Below, in pieces: positions 9,987 through 19,145 of a DNA stretch of 64,000 nt. The translations under genes and the position numbers were made by a program. The notes under the pieces are model-generated. The model was not told where the DNA came from and searched no databases. It was given only the letters and a program-made list of their open reading frames with translations. Positions within the stretch are counted from its first letter, which is position 1. The number at the start of each line of letters is the position of its first letter. Origin of the DNA: a virus (lineage: Duplodnaviria > Caudoviricetes); IMG/VR virus record IMGVR_UViG_3300036958_000333, positions 32,001 through 96,000 of that record. One strand, given 5' to 3'.

Positions 9987-12494
9987 TTAAAAATTTCCAA
10001 ATATTTCATTTTCGTCATTTATAGAAATCAATCCATTAAATAACATATAATTCCCACATTTTGTTTTTAAATCATACATTTCTTGTATAATATTTATTTT
10101 ATCATATTTTAAATTATTATTTAAAAATTTATGATTGTCTGTACAAACAAAATCATTATACATTCTACCAGACAATGGATTTAATGTTTCCTTACAATAT
10201 ATATTAATTACTTCTGTTAAAATTTCTTTTCCATTTTTAATACCAAAAACAGAATCACCAACCTTAAGATCTTTTATTTTAACTGAACTTCCTGGAACTT
10301 TTATTAATGTATTTCCATCTAAACATTTATTATGCACAAGAAATCCATTTGCATAAAATGTTTCTGACGGACTTACTTTGCTTAAATTATATGTCTGTAT
10401 ATCACCTAAAACCTTTATCCACCCAATAATTTGCAAATAACCATCAGTTGTTTTCACATAGTTTCCTAATTCTAATTTATTTACTTCTAATTTTTTATCT
10501 TTATAATTTTGTGGATTTATGCTAGCCCAACCATCACTTGTCATTATTGGATGTTCGTCAGTAATTTTTAATACTAAATCATTTTCAAATACAACATAAT
10601 AATAATGATCTCTAATTGGATTTTCTAAACTTTCAACAATTCCACCAATTACTTTATCTCCAACAATTATATCTTCTATATTTTTACATTCATTGTTTTC
10701 CATTAAGATTTTTGTTCCAGCTAAAAAACAACAAGTTGTAGAATAAGCTTTAAAAATGCCATTTGAAAATTTTAAAGTATAAGTTCTATCAAAGCCTCTA
10801 TATGTTATATCTTGTGTTTTTCCAATATTCCCATTAACATCTTTATATCCGCTTTCTGGTTGTATATATCCACCTGTACCCTTAGCTAAAGGACGCCAGT
10901 AATCTTTATTAGTAGGTAATATATATTGAATCGATGATTTAGAAATACAAACATAAGTATTTCCAATATAATATACTACATCTCCAGCTCTATAAATAAA
11001 ACTAGCAACAAATGACCCTCTCCATATTAATTCATTACCACTATAACCGCTTGTTCCAATGCCTGAATAACCTGATTTTCCTGAATATCCTGAATAACCA
11101 GATTTTCCTGAATAACCAGATTTTCCGGAATATCCTGAAGTTCCTGGAAAAGAGTATAATGATTTCCAAGAAGCTTCTCCAGAAACACCACAAGATAATA
11201 CATATCCAGAATTTGCTCCGTTTGTTATGATTATTTTTTCGGTTCTTGTTGTGCCAAAAACATCACATGTATATTCTGGATATTTATCTTTTCCAATACC
11301 AAAATATCCTTCACCTGTAATATATGCTATAGATCTTTTATCATTTTCAATATTTCCAGTATAACCAGAATATCCTGATCCGCAAGTTAACATAAATTTT
11401 ATATGAGACGGAGAATTTATTTTTTCTCCATTAACATTCCAATTTTGAGTAGTTGTACATTTTATATCAGCAGCATCTATTAATTTACCGTTACTATAAC
11501 TTCCTCTATATGAAACAGATCCCAAAGTAGTACCGCTTGTTACTGGTAATAAACTTTGATTATTTCCAAATGTTTTTCCTAGAACAAGAGATGAATATCG
11601 TCCTTTATATCCAGATGTTCCAATTCCACTTTCTGTTCCATGTTGATATACTTGAAAACTAGCATATTCTAATGGATTATTTTGAGAAATAAGAATAGAA
11701 ATATCTCCACCACCATATTTATAACCACTTGTTCCTATAATTAATGTGTCATTGATATTACTCATATATGTTGTTCCGCTTTCTGGTATTCTATCAAAAT
11801 ACTGTATTCCAACTCCAGTATATCCAGATTTTCCTGAATAACCAGAATATCCTGAATATCCTAAAATACCAGAATATCCAGAATATCCAGAATAGTTTTC
11901 TAAAAATATATTCCAATAGTTTTCATATTCTTCACCAACTCCTGGTTCTGAAATATCACTTGAAATATGATCTAAAACACAAACATATAGATTATTATTA
12001 TTACTAACTGTATAGTTAACAAAATAATACGCTGAATTTTTATGCCATGAACCAACCCATATTAATTTTTTACCAGAATACCCAGAATATCCAGATATAC
12101 CAGAATAACCTGAATATCCAGAAATACCAATTTCACCAGAATAACCAGATATACCAGAATAACCTGAATATCCAGATTCACTTTCATTAGATGACGAACA
12201 TGTTGTCCACAATATTCCATTACAGACAAATATTTGCGATAATCTGGCTTTGATAGTTGAAATTATATCTTCATTATCATTTTTTACAATTAAAGAATAA
12301 GAAGAAGATATATTTATTATTGTATATTTCAATCCATTACAATATTCTTCGTTTGGTAATATAACACTTTTATCAGAATCTTTAGGTTCTAAAAACAATA
12401 TTTGTTTATCTGATTCTAAAATTATTGTTTTATCATCGTTTAATTCTTCAGTAGAAGATTCTTCAAATATATTATTGTATTTTATATAAGCCAT
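9987..12494 (-). CDS. SGX collagen-like fibre protein with tandem Hint domains (copy 2)
   Basis: same architecture as 7447-9978; near-identical N-terminus and Hint cassette. Confidence 0.85.
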   Translation of the reverse strand: MAYIKYNNIFEESSTEELNDDKTIILESDKQILFLEPKDSDKSVILPNEEYCNGLKYTIINISSSYSLIVKNDNEDIISTIKARLSQIFVCNGILWTTCSSSNESESGYSGYSGISGYSGEIGISGYSGYSGISGYSGYSGKKLIWVGSWHKNSAYYFVNYTVSNNNNLYVCVLDHISSDISEPGVGEEYENYWNIFLENYSGYSGYSGILGYSGYSGYSGKSGYTGVGIQYFDRIPESGTTYMSNINDTLIIGTSGYKYGGGDISILISQNNPLEYASFQVYQHGTESGIGTSGYKGRYSSLVLGKTFGNNQSLLPVTSGTTLGSVSYRGSYSNGKLIDAADIKCTTTQNWNVNGEKINSPSHIKFMLTCGSGYSGYTGNIENDKRSIAYITGEGYFGIGKDKYPEYTCDVFGTTRTEKIIITNGANSGYVLSCGVSGEASWKSLYSFPGTSGYSGKSGYSGKSGYSGYSGKSGYSGIGTSGYSGNELIWRGSFVASFIYRAGDVVYYIGNTYVCISKSSIQYILPTNKDYWRPLAKGTGGYIQPESGYKDVNGNIGKTQDITYRGFDRTYTLKFSNGIFKAYSTTCCFLAGTKILMENNECKNIEDIIVGDKVIGGIVESLENPIRDHYYYVVFENDLVLKITDEHPIMTSDGWASINPQNYKDKKLEVNKLELGNYVKTTDGYLQIIGWIKVLGDIQTYNLSKVSPSETFYANGFLVHNKCLDGNTLIKVPGSSVKIKDLKVGDSVFGIKNGKEILTEVINIYCKETLNPLSGRMYNDFVCTDNHKFLNNNLKYDKINIIQEMYDLKTKCGNYMLFNGLISINDENEIFGNF

Positions 12495-13729
12495 TAAAAA
12501 TTTCCAAATATTTCATTTTCGTCATTTATAGAAATTAATCCATTAGATAATATATAACTACCACATTTTGTTTTTAGATCATAAGTTTTACAATCAATAT
12601 TTATTTTATCATAATTCAAATTATTATTTAAGAACTTATGATTTTCTGTACAAGCAAAACCATCATATATTCTACCAGGCAATGGATTTAATGTTTCTTT
12701 ACAATATATATTAATCACTTCGGTAATAATTTCTTTTCCATCTTTAATTCCAAATACAGAATCACCAATTTTAATATCTTTTATACATATTGGATTTGCG
12801 GCAGTTTCTATTAATGTATTTCCTTCTAAACATTTATTATGAACTAGAAATCCATTAGCATAAAACGTTTCTGACGGACTTACTTTGCTTAAATTATATG
12901 TTTGTATATCACCTAAAACTTTTATCCATCCAATTATTTGTAGATAACCATCAACTGTTTTTACATGATTTCCTAATTCTAATTTCTTTACTTCTAACTT
13001 TTTACTTTTATATTTTTGTGGGTTTATGCTAGCCCAACCATTGTTTGTCATTATTGGATGTTCATCAGTCATTTTTAAAACTAAATCATTTTCAAATACA
13101 ATATAATAATAATGATCTCTAATTGGATTCTCAAGACTTTCAACTATTCCACCAATTATTTTATCTCCAATTATTATATCTTCTATATTTTTACATTCAT
13201 TGTTTTCCATTAATATTTTTGTTCCAGCAAGAAAACAACATTCTAGCAAATATTGATAATATGTCAAAATTCCATCTTTGAAACCAATTTGATGTAAAGG
13301 TTGTCCAATATCGTCATAAATTGTCATATTATATATTAGTGTTACGCCAGAAGTTCCGTCAGATGATTTATATCCGCCTGTTGGTTTCAAATAACCATCA
13401 ACATATGGAGCAGATGTTCCACTATATCCTGAAATACCAGAATATCCAGAATAACCAGATTTACCAGAATATCCACTATCGCCAGAAATACATTGTAAAA
13501 ATAATTCCCAATAATCATTTTCTCCACCTGATTCTGATCCACCTTCTGTTTCATGAGCAATAATACAGATATAAATTTTACCATTGTATGATACTAAATC
13601 ATTTACTTCATAACTTCCTTCACCATTAAAATAAGGTCCTTTCCAATTCCATGTTATATCTTTGCCAGAATAACCTGAATATCCAGATACAGATTTTCCT
13701 ATAGAATTAAAATTTATTAACGATCCCAT
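12494..13729 (-). CDS. short SGX fibre protein with tandem Hint domains (copy 3)
   Basis: INFNSIGKS N-terminus, one CBM-like module, SGY repeats, same Hint-Hint cassette. Confidence 0.85.
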   Translation of the reverse strand: MGSLINFNSIGKSVSGYSGYSGKDITWNWKGPYFNGEGSYEVNDLVSYNGKIYICIIAHETEGGSESGGENDYWELFLQCISGDSGYSGKSGYSGYSGISGYSGTSAPYVDGYLKPTGGYKSSDGTSGVTLIYNMTIYDDIGQPLHQIGFKDGILTYYQYLLECCFLAGTKILMENNECKNIEDIIIGDKIIGGIVESLENPIRDHYYYIVFENDLVLKMTDEHPIMTNNGWASINPQKYKSKKLEVKKLELGNHVKTVDGYLQIIGWIKVLGDIQTYNLSKVSPSETFYANGFLVHNKCLEGNTLIETAANPICIKDIKIGDSVFGIKDGKEIITEVINIYCKETLNPLPGRIYDGFACTENHKFLNNNLNYDKINIDCKTYDLKTKCGSYILSNGLISINDENEIFGNF

Positions 13730-13753
13730 TTTTAACCTTTATTTCACTACATC

Positions 13754-15448
13754 TTAAAAATTTCTAAATATTTCGTTTTCATCATTTATAGAAATTAACT
13801 CATTAGACAATATATAATTTCCACATTTCGTTTTTAAATCATAAGTATCACATTCAATGTCTATTTTATCATATTTTAAATTATTATTTACAAAAATATG
13901 ATTATCTGTACAAATAAAATTTCTATACATTCTACCAGGTAGTGAATATAATGACTCTTTTTTATAAATATTAATAACTTTTGTAACAACTTCTTTTCCA
14001 TCTTTAATTCCAAATACAGAATCACCGACTTTAATATCTTTTATTTTAATTGGATCTCCAGGAACTTTTATCAATGTATTTCCATCTAAGCATTTGTTAT
14101 GAACTAGAAACCCATTGGCATAAAATGTTTCTGATGGACTTACTTTACTTAAATTATAAGTTTGAACATCACCTAAAACCTTTATCCACCCAATAATTTG
14201 TAAATAACCATCAGTTGTTTTTACATAATTTCCCAATTCTAATTTTTTTACTTCTAATTTTTTACTTTTATATTTTTGTGGGTTTATACTAGACCACCCA
14301 TCTCTTGTCATTATTGGATGTTCATCAGTCATTTTTAAAACTAAATCATTTTCAAATACAATATAATAATAATGATCTCTAATTGGATTTTCTAAACTTT
14401 CAACAATTCCACCAATTACTTTATCTCCAATTATTACATCTTCTATATTTTTACATTCATTGTTTTCCATTAATATTTTTGTTCCAGCAAGAAAACAACA
14501 TTCGGAACCATAATATATCAATAATCCATCAATAAAATTAAACATATGTCTAACGCTATATTCAGGATCAAATATACTTATAACATCAAGTGGCGATACT
14601 CCAGAGTTTCCTGTAGTTGCTTTATATCCACTAAATGGTTGTAAATAACCATCAACATATGGAGCAGATGTTCCGCTGTATCCTGAAATACCACTATAAC
14701 CAGATATACCAGAATACCCACTTGTACCAGCTGCTCCAGAATAACCAGAAATACCAGAATAACCAGAAATACCAGAATAACCACTTGTACCAGCTGCTCC
14801 AGAATAACCAGAAATACCAGAATAACCACTTGTTCCAACAATTCCAGAATAACCAGAAATACCTGAATGACCTGTTTCTCCAGAATATCCAGAAATTCCA
14901 GAATAACCACTTGTACCAGCTGCTCCAGAATAACCAGAAATACCAGAATAACCAGATATATTAGATTCTCCTGAATAACCTGATATTCCACTATAACCAG
15001 ATTCTCCTGAATAACCTGATACTCCACTATAACCAGATTCTCCGGATACGCCAGTTTCTCCTGGTAAACCATCTTTTCCAGAATATCCAGACATTCCAGA
15101 ATAACCAGATTCACCAGAATAACCAGATATGTTTTCTAGAAACAAATCCCAAAATATATATTCTCCGCTACCACCAGGTTCTGTAATATCTGAACCATGA
15201 TCTTCAATACAAATATATAAATTATTATTATGACTAACTATATCATCAATCAAATACATTCCATAACTTGTATTCCAAGATCCTCTCCATTCTAATTTTT
15301 TACCTGAATAACCTGATATTCCACTATAACCAGATTCTCCGGATACGCCAGTTTCTCCTGGTAAACCATCTTTTCCAGAATATCCAGAATATCCTGATTC
15401 AGATTTTCCTATAGAATTAAAATTTATTGCAGATCCAGTTAATACCAT
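13754..15448 (-). CDS. SGX fibre protein with long repeat tract and tandem Hint domains (copy 4)
   Basis: INFNSIGKS N-terminus, about 150 aa of (S-G-X)n, same Hint-Hint cassette. Confidence 0.85.
   Translation of the reverse strand: MVLTGSAINFNSIGKSESGYSGYSGKDGLPGETGVSGESGYSGISGYSGKKLEWRGSWNTSYGMYLIDDIVSHNNNLYICIEDHGSDITEPGGSGEYIFWDLFLENISGYSGESGYSGMSGYSGKDGLPGETGVSGESGYSGVSGYSGESGYSGISGYSGESNISGYSGISGYSGAAGTSGYSGISGYSGETGHSGISGYSGIVGTSGYSGISGYSGAAGTSGYSGISGYSGISGYSGAAGTSGYSGISGYSGISGYSGTSAPYVDGYLQPFSGYKATTGNSGVSPLDVISIFDPEYSVRHMFNFIDGLLIYYGSECCFLAGTKILMENNECKNIEDVIIGDKVIGGIVESLENPIRDHYYYIVFENDLVLKMTDEHPIMTRDGWSSINPQKYKSKKLEVKKLELGNYVKTTDGYLQIIGWIKVLGDVQTYNLSKVSPSETFYANGFLVHNKCLDGNTLIKVPGDPIKIKDIKVGDSVFGIKDGKEVVTKVINIYKKESLYSLPGRMYRNFICTDNHIFVNNNLKYDKIDIECDTYDLKTKCGNYILSNELISINDENEIFRNF
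14660..15130. repeat. imperfect 9-nt-period coding tandem repeat (CCAGAATAA/CCAGAAATA) encoding SGY/SGI
   Basis: directly visible; similar tracts near 8530-8640, 9310-9380, 9560-9660, 11040-11140, 11820-11890 and 12070-12180. Confidence 0.9.
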
Positions 15449-15456
15449 TTCTTACC

Positions 15457-16599
15457 TCACGTAATATTATTATATATAACAATCCATTCTAACTTATAGT
15501 TATTAGAATCTATACTACTAGAAAAAAATACATCAAATCCATTATTTGATTTATTTCTTATTATATATGTATATTGAGATGGATATAAATCAATAGAATT
15601 GCTTAAATTTATATTTATTGAATAATTAGTATCTAAAAAAGAAAAATCAAAATCTACATGAACAAATGAATCACCAATATTAATATCTTTTATTCCATTC
15701 TGAAAACTTTTTAAATAAATAACATGTCCTCTATAATTATGAAAAAACCCAGAAGAACTTGATGTAGAAAAAAATAAAGGCTTAGATACATGATATTCCT
15801 CAGTAGGCTCTGTTAATGTTAATTTTCCATCTTCTTCATCACTAAGATAATAAATTTTTCCACTTGTTAAATCTGATAATCCTGAAATATACCCTTCTGT
15901 TAATAAAATAAATTCATTTTCATTTTTTATCTCTATAACAACTCCAATCACTTCTGAATTTTCTATAGAATCAGCTTTAGATTTTACATAAGAAGTTCCG
16001 TTATGTCTTAAAACATCTAAAACTTCAAATTCATGATCTTCCTGTGTTATTTTTAATAATGTTCCATTAGTATTGGCAGTTTCAGGTATTAAATATCCTC
16101 TAAAATTAAAGAACATACCTGAATTTGAAGAATCAGCTATTAATAATGGCTTAGAAACACGACCTATTTCAGTTGGTTCTATTTCAGTTAACATTCCAGC
16201 ATCAGTATCACTTAAATAGTATACTGTTCCTGGAACTAATGAATATAAAGTTATATCTTGAATTCTTCCTTGTAATAGTAAATAAAAATTATCTTCATCT
16301 ATTACTTTTGTTATTATTCCAATTGCTTCTGAATTATCTTCTGTATCGGCTTTAGCCAATACATATCCATCTACTATATCATATCTTACTATATAACCAA
16401 CCTGTCCAACAGTAAACCCATGACCTGGTTGATATATTTTAAATTTTTCTACAGATCCACCACCGGTTTCTTCAATTTTATCTAAAAATTTTTGAAAATC
16501 AATAAATTGAAGTCCAGTTCCTCTTTTTGCTTTTTGAACTACAATGTAGTCTGGAGGATAATCACAATAATATTCATTTGGCCATTTTCTAATTACCAT
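15457..16599 (-). CDS. putative virion/tail protein with two internal repeats
   Basis: duplicated about 120-aa module (H.F.V...Y..AKAD..ENSE.IG...G..YYLS...G.LT..EPTE...VSKPL); C-terminal fibre-like domain; first gene of the fibre run. Confidence 0.65.
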   Translation of the reverse strand: MVIRKWPNEYYCDYPPDYIVVQKAKRGTGLQFIDFQKFLDKIEETGGGSVEKFKIYQPGHGFTVGQVGYIVRYDIVDGYVLAKADTEDNSEAIGIITKVIDEDNFYLLLQGRIQDITLYSLVPGTVYYLSDTDAGMLTEIEPTEIGRVSKPLLIADSSNSGMFFNFRGYLIPETANTNGTLLKITQEDHEFEVLDVLRHNGTSYVKSKADSIENSEVIGVVIEIKNENEFILLTEGYISGLSDLTSGKIYYLSDEEDGKLTLTEPTEEYHVSKPLFFSTSSSSGFFHNYRGHVIYLKSFQNGIKDINIGDSFVHVDFDFSFLDTNYSININLSNSIDLYPSQYTYIIRNKSNNGFDVFFSSSIDSNNYKLEWIVIYNNIT

Positions 16600-16668
16600 A
16601 CACTTTATTTATGAAAAAGAGGGAAAATATGTGTAAAAATAATCAACTAAAATATATATATTTATTTT

Positions 16669-17016
16669 ATGAAAAACAATCATTTTCAATGTCATAATGT
16701 AGAACATTCTGTTTATAATGGATATTGTGAAGTTATAAATGGACATTCTCATCCAATATTGTGTGTAATAACTATAGATTTTGAAGAATTAAGATATTGG
16801 GTTACAATAGAAATATTTGATATAAATTTAGAAGGAGAAGAGCATTGCCATTCTTGTTTTGTAGAAATATCTAAAATGAAATATTTTATAGAAAAAGAGT
16901 TTATAAATATAGAAACAGAAGAAGATGATACTGGCCATGTACATAAAATTTATATTGATTTAAAAGAAAAACAGGTTCAAACAAATAATCCTATTACAAT
17001 TTTAAACCAAAGGTAA
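16669..17016 (+). CDS. His-rich putative metal-binding protein
   Basis: repeated HxH motifs: GHSH, EHCH, GHVH. Confidence 0.55.
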   Translation: MKNNHFQCHNVEHSVYNGYCEVINGHSHPILCVITIDFEELRYWVTIEIFDINLEGEEHCHSCFVEISKMKYFIEKEFINIETEEDDTGHVHKIYIDLKEKQVQTNNPITILNQR

Positions 17017-17505
17017 TTTTACATAAACTTCAATGAGGTTTTCTATTATTAGTTTGTCTAGTTTAGTTTCATTTATTTTTTTATCTGTCGATTCAATTAT
17101 ATTTTTTATTGCTGAAATTAACAAAGGGTTAAATTCAAATTCTCCAACATTCTCATTAGAATCAATCATTTCAGTTATTTCTTTTACAAGTTCATTATTA
17201 GATTCTCTAATTTCAATTGAAAAATTTTTGTTTATTTCAGTTAATTGATTTTTTTCTTCTTCTGTTAATTTATCAATATCTTTTTGTTTAATTATTAATT
17301 CTTGGTTTTCTTTAATATATTTTTCTTTTATATTTGTATTATTTAGATTTATTTTTTCAAATATATCTATTAATTTATTAAATTTTTCATTATTAATCAT
17401 TTCATAATATAATTTTGTTAATGCGGCTTTATATCCTATTATTTCCTGAACTTCTGCCAATTTTGCTAAAGCAAACATTTCTCTTAATTTTAAACTTATT
17501 TTCAT
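17002..17505 (-). CDS. hypothetical helical protein
   Basis: 167-aa ORF with GGAG RBS. Confidence 0.6.
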   Translation of the reverse strand: MKISLKLREMFALAKLAEVQEIIGYKAALTKLYYEMINNEKFNKLIDIFEKINLNNTNIKEKYIKENQELIIKQKDIDKLTEEEKNQLTEINKNFSIEIRESNNELVKEITEMIDSNENVGEFEFNPLLISAIKNIIESTDKKINETKLDKLIIENLIEVYVKLPLV

Positions 17506-17536
17506 AATTTATTCTCCATATACATAAATATATTTA

Positions 17537-18133
17537 ATGAATAAGACAAAACCAAAACTATCTTTAAATTATATAGTAGGAATTAAAGTTCCTGATTATA
17601 TTAAAGATGAAATAAATTGTTTTATAAAAAATAAATTAAATAATTTTTATAATATATTTGATTGGATTAATATTTATCAGTATCATTTAACATTTGCATA
17701 TCTTGGAAGAATTTCAGAAGATCAAAGAAAAAAATTAATTACAGTATCAGATAAAATACAAATAACTCCATTTTCAGTGAGCGTAAGAGGATTAGGATTT
17801 TATCCTCCTGGTAAAAATCCTAGATATTTAAGATTAGGAATAGACGATGGAAGAGAAAAACTAAGTAGTTTTGCTAAATTTATGAGAAACGAAATAGCTG
17901 AAAAATCAGGAATATTACCAAAAGATGAATTTTATCCTAATATAACAATAGCTAAAATAAAACAATTTAAACATAATGTAAAAGATATATTAAAATTTAT
18001 TAATGAAAATTGGGATTATCCGTTTGGACAATTTAAAATAAATGAATTTCATTTATATAGAATAACTCCTCATGGATATAAAGAAAATCACAAAGTAATA
18101 TTGAAAAAATCAAAATATTTTATTTGGAATTAA
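17537..18133 (+). CDS. 2H phosphoesterase (ThpR/LigT-like); second motif degenerate
   Basis: YHLTFAYLG first HxT motif, GLGFYP, second motif reads FYPNITIAK instead of PHIT. Confidence 0.8.
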   Translation: MNKTKPKLSLNYIVGIKVPDYIKDEINCFIKNKLNNFYNIFDWINIYQYHLTFAYLGRISEDQRKKLITVSDKIQITPFSVSVRGLGFYPPGKNPRYLRLGIDDGREKLSSFAKFMRNEIAEKSGILPKDEFYPNITIAKIKQFKHNVKDILKFINENWDYPFGQFKINEFHLYRITPHGYKENHKVILKKSKYFIWN

Positions 18134-18176
18134 TTTTCGCGTTAAATTTTTTAACAAATTCTTATTTATTATATAA

Positions 18177-18677
18177 GTGAATATACAAAATAAAATAATT
18201 ATAATACAAATAGAAGATGTTATAAGAAAAACTTATAATACCTGGAAAGACTTTTCTGAATTAGAAGAAAATAAAAATATAGATAAATACAAACTTTTTC
18301 AATCAAATGAATGGATATATTATAAGAATTTTATAGTTCCTTTTGAAAACGTAGAACTTAAAATAAACAAATGGTATGATGAAAATAATAAAATAATAAT
18401 TTTAAGCGAATCTGGAAATGAATGTGAATGGTTTAAAAATCATTATATTCCATATGACCTTATATGTAATTGTTTTACATTATATACAATGATAACAAAT
18501 TATGTAATAGGAAATGAAAGCGTATTTGTTATAACAAATAAAATTCAATATTGTATTGATTTTTCAAAACTTAATGTTGTTTATAAGATTTTTTGTTTTA
18601 GAAATAAGTTTGAAATAGAATATCCTATTTCTGAAAAAATAAATCACGTGAATGATTGGATAGAAATAAAAATATAA
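18177..18677 (+). CDS. possible degenerate HAD/5-prime-nucleotidase-fold protein
   Basis: IIIQIEDVIR resembles HAD motif I without the nucleophilic Asp; IIILS; WFKNHYIPYD. Confidence 0.35.
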   Translation: MNIQNKIIIIQIEDVIRKTYNTWKDFSELEENKNIDKYKLFQSNEWIYYKNFIVPFENVELKINKWYDENNKIIILSESGNECEWFKNHYIPYDLICNCFTLYTMITNYVIGNESVFVITNKIQYCIDFSKLNVVYKIFCFRNKFEIEYPISEKINHVNDWIEIKI

Positions 18678-18689
18678 TTTTTAGTCAAC

Positions 18690-19145
18690 ATGCCAATACA
18701 AATAGCAAATAAAATAAAAGCATACAAAAAAGAAATATCTAATTTTGTAAGTTTTATAAATTCAAATAATGATATTCCAGATAAAATATTTTTAAATACT
18801 TTTAATACTCCTTTTGTTTTTGATAGTAATAATAAACCATCTTTCGGTTTATTTTATAAAGATGAAAATGAAAATTTAAGAATAGCTGTAGCCATTAAGA
18901 TAAAAGATTTGGAAAAATTTAAATATAAAGATATTACTTTTAGTCGTCAAGATTGTCTTTATATTATATTAGAAACCATAGCTCATGAGTTTTTACATTA
19001 TATACAATATAAAAATAACAAAAAATTTTATGAAAAAGGATTAGACAATAAAGCATTAAATATGATTAAAAAATATATAGAAACAAATAAATCTATTATA
19101 AGTCTAAAGTATATTAATTCTTCTTTTATGGAAATAAATTTATGA
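18690..19145 (+). CDS. HExxH zinc metallopeptidase-like protein
   Basis: ILETIAHEFLHYIQ motif with downstream Glu. Confidence 0.65.
   Translation: MPIQIANKIKAYKKEISNFVSFINSNNDIPDKIFLNTFNTPFVFDSNNKPSFGLFYKDENENLRIAVAIKIKDLEKFKYKDITFSRQDCLYIILETIAHEFLHYIQYKNNKKFYEKGLDNKALNMIKKYIETNKSIISLKYINSSFMEINL

Larger units (their letters stand above)
7447..14500 (-). repeat. four dispersed copies of a 747-nt Hint-Hint cassette (7447-8193, 9987-10733, 12494-13240, 13754-14500)
   Basis: each copy runs from the Cys-Cys codons to the stop codon, has the same length and is visibly highly similar at nucleotide level. Confidence 0.9.

Noticed and set aside
7447-14500. Hint domains as ordinary mobile inteins
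   Set aside because: There is no homing endonuclease insert, they are not within a conserved host-enzyme motif, the +1 residues are Lys and Asp, and there is essentially no C-extein
8194-14660. Diversity-generating retroelement acting on the fibre tips
   Set aside because: No reverse transcriptase or template repeat is present in the window, and the tips differ by indels and all base types rather than adenine-specific changes
7601-15114. Alternative-frame and antisense ORFs over the fibre genes (7601, 10135, 11012, 11768, 13321, 13387, 14578, 14635)
   Set aside because: They are shadows of stop-poor SGX repeats and of the duplicated Hint cassette, and have no independent RBS or motifs
8500-15400. 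CCAGAATA-type repeats as a CRISPR array or iterons
   Set aside because: The repeats have 9-nt codon periodicity inside ORFs and no constant repeat/unique spacer structure; the only Cas4-like nuclease is a stand-alone gene far away
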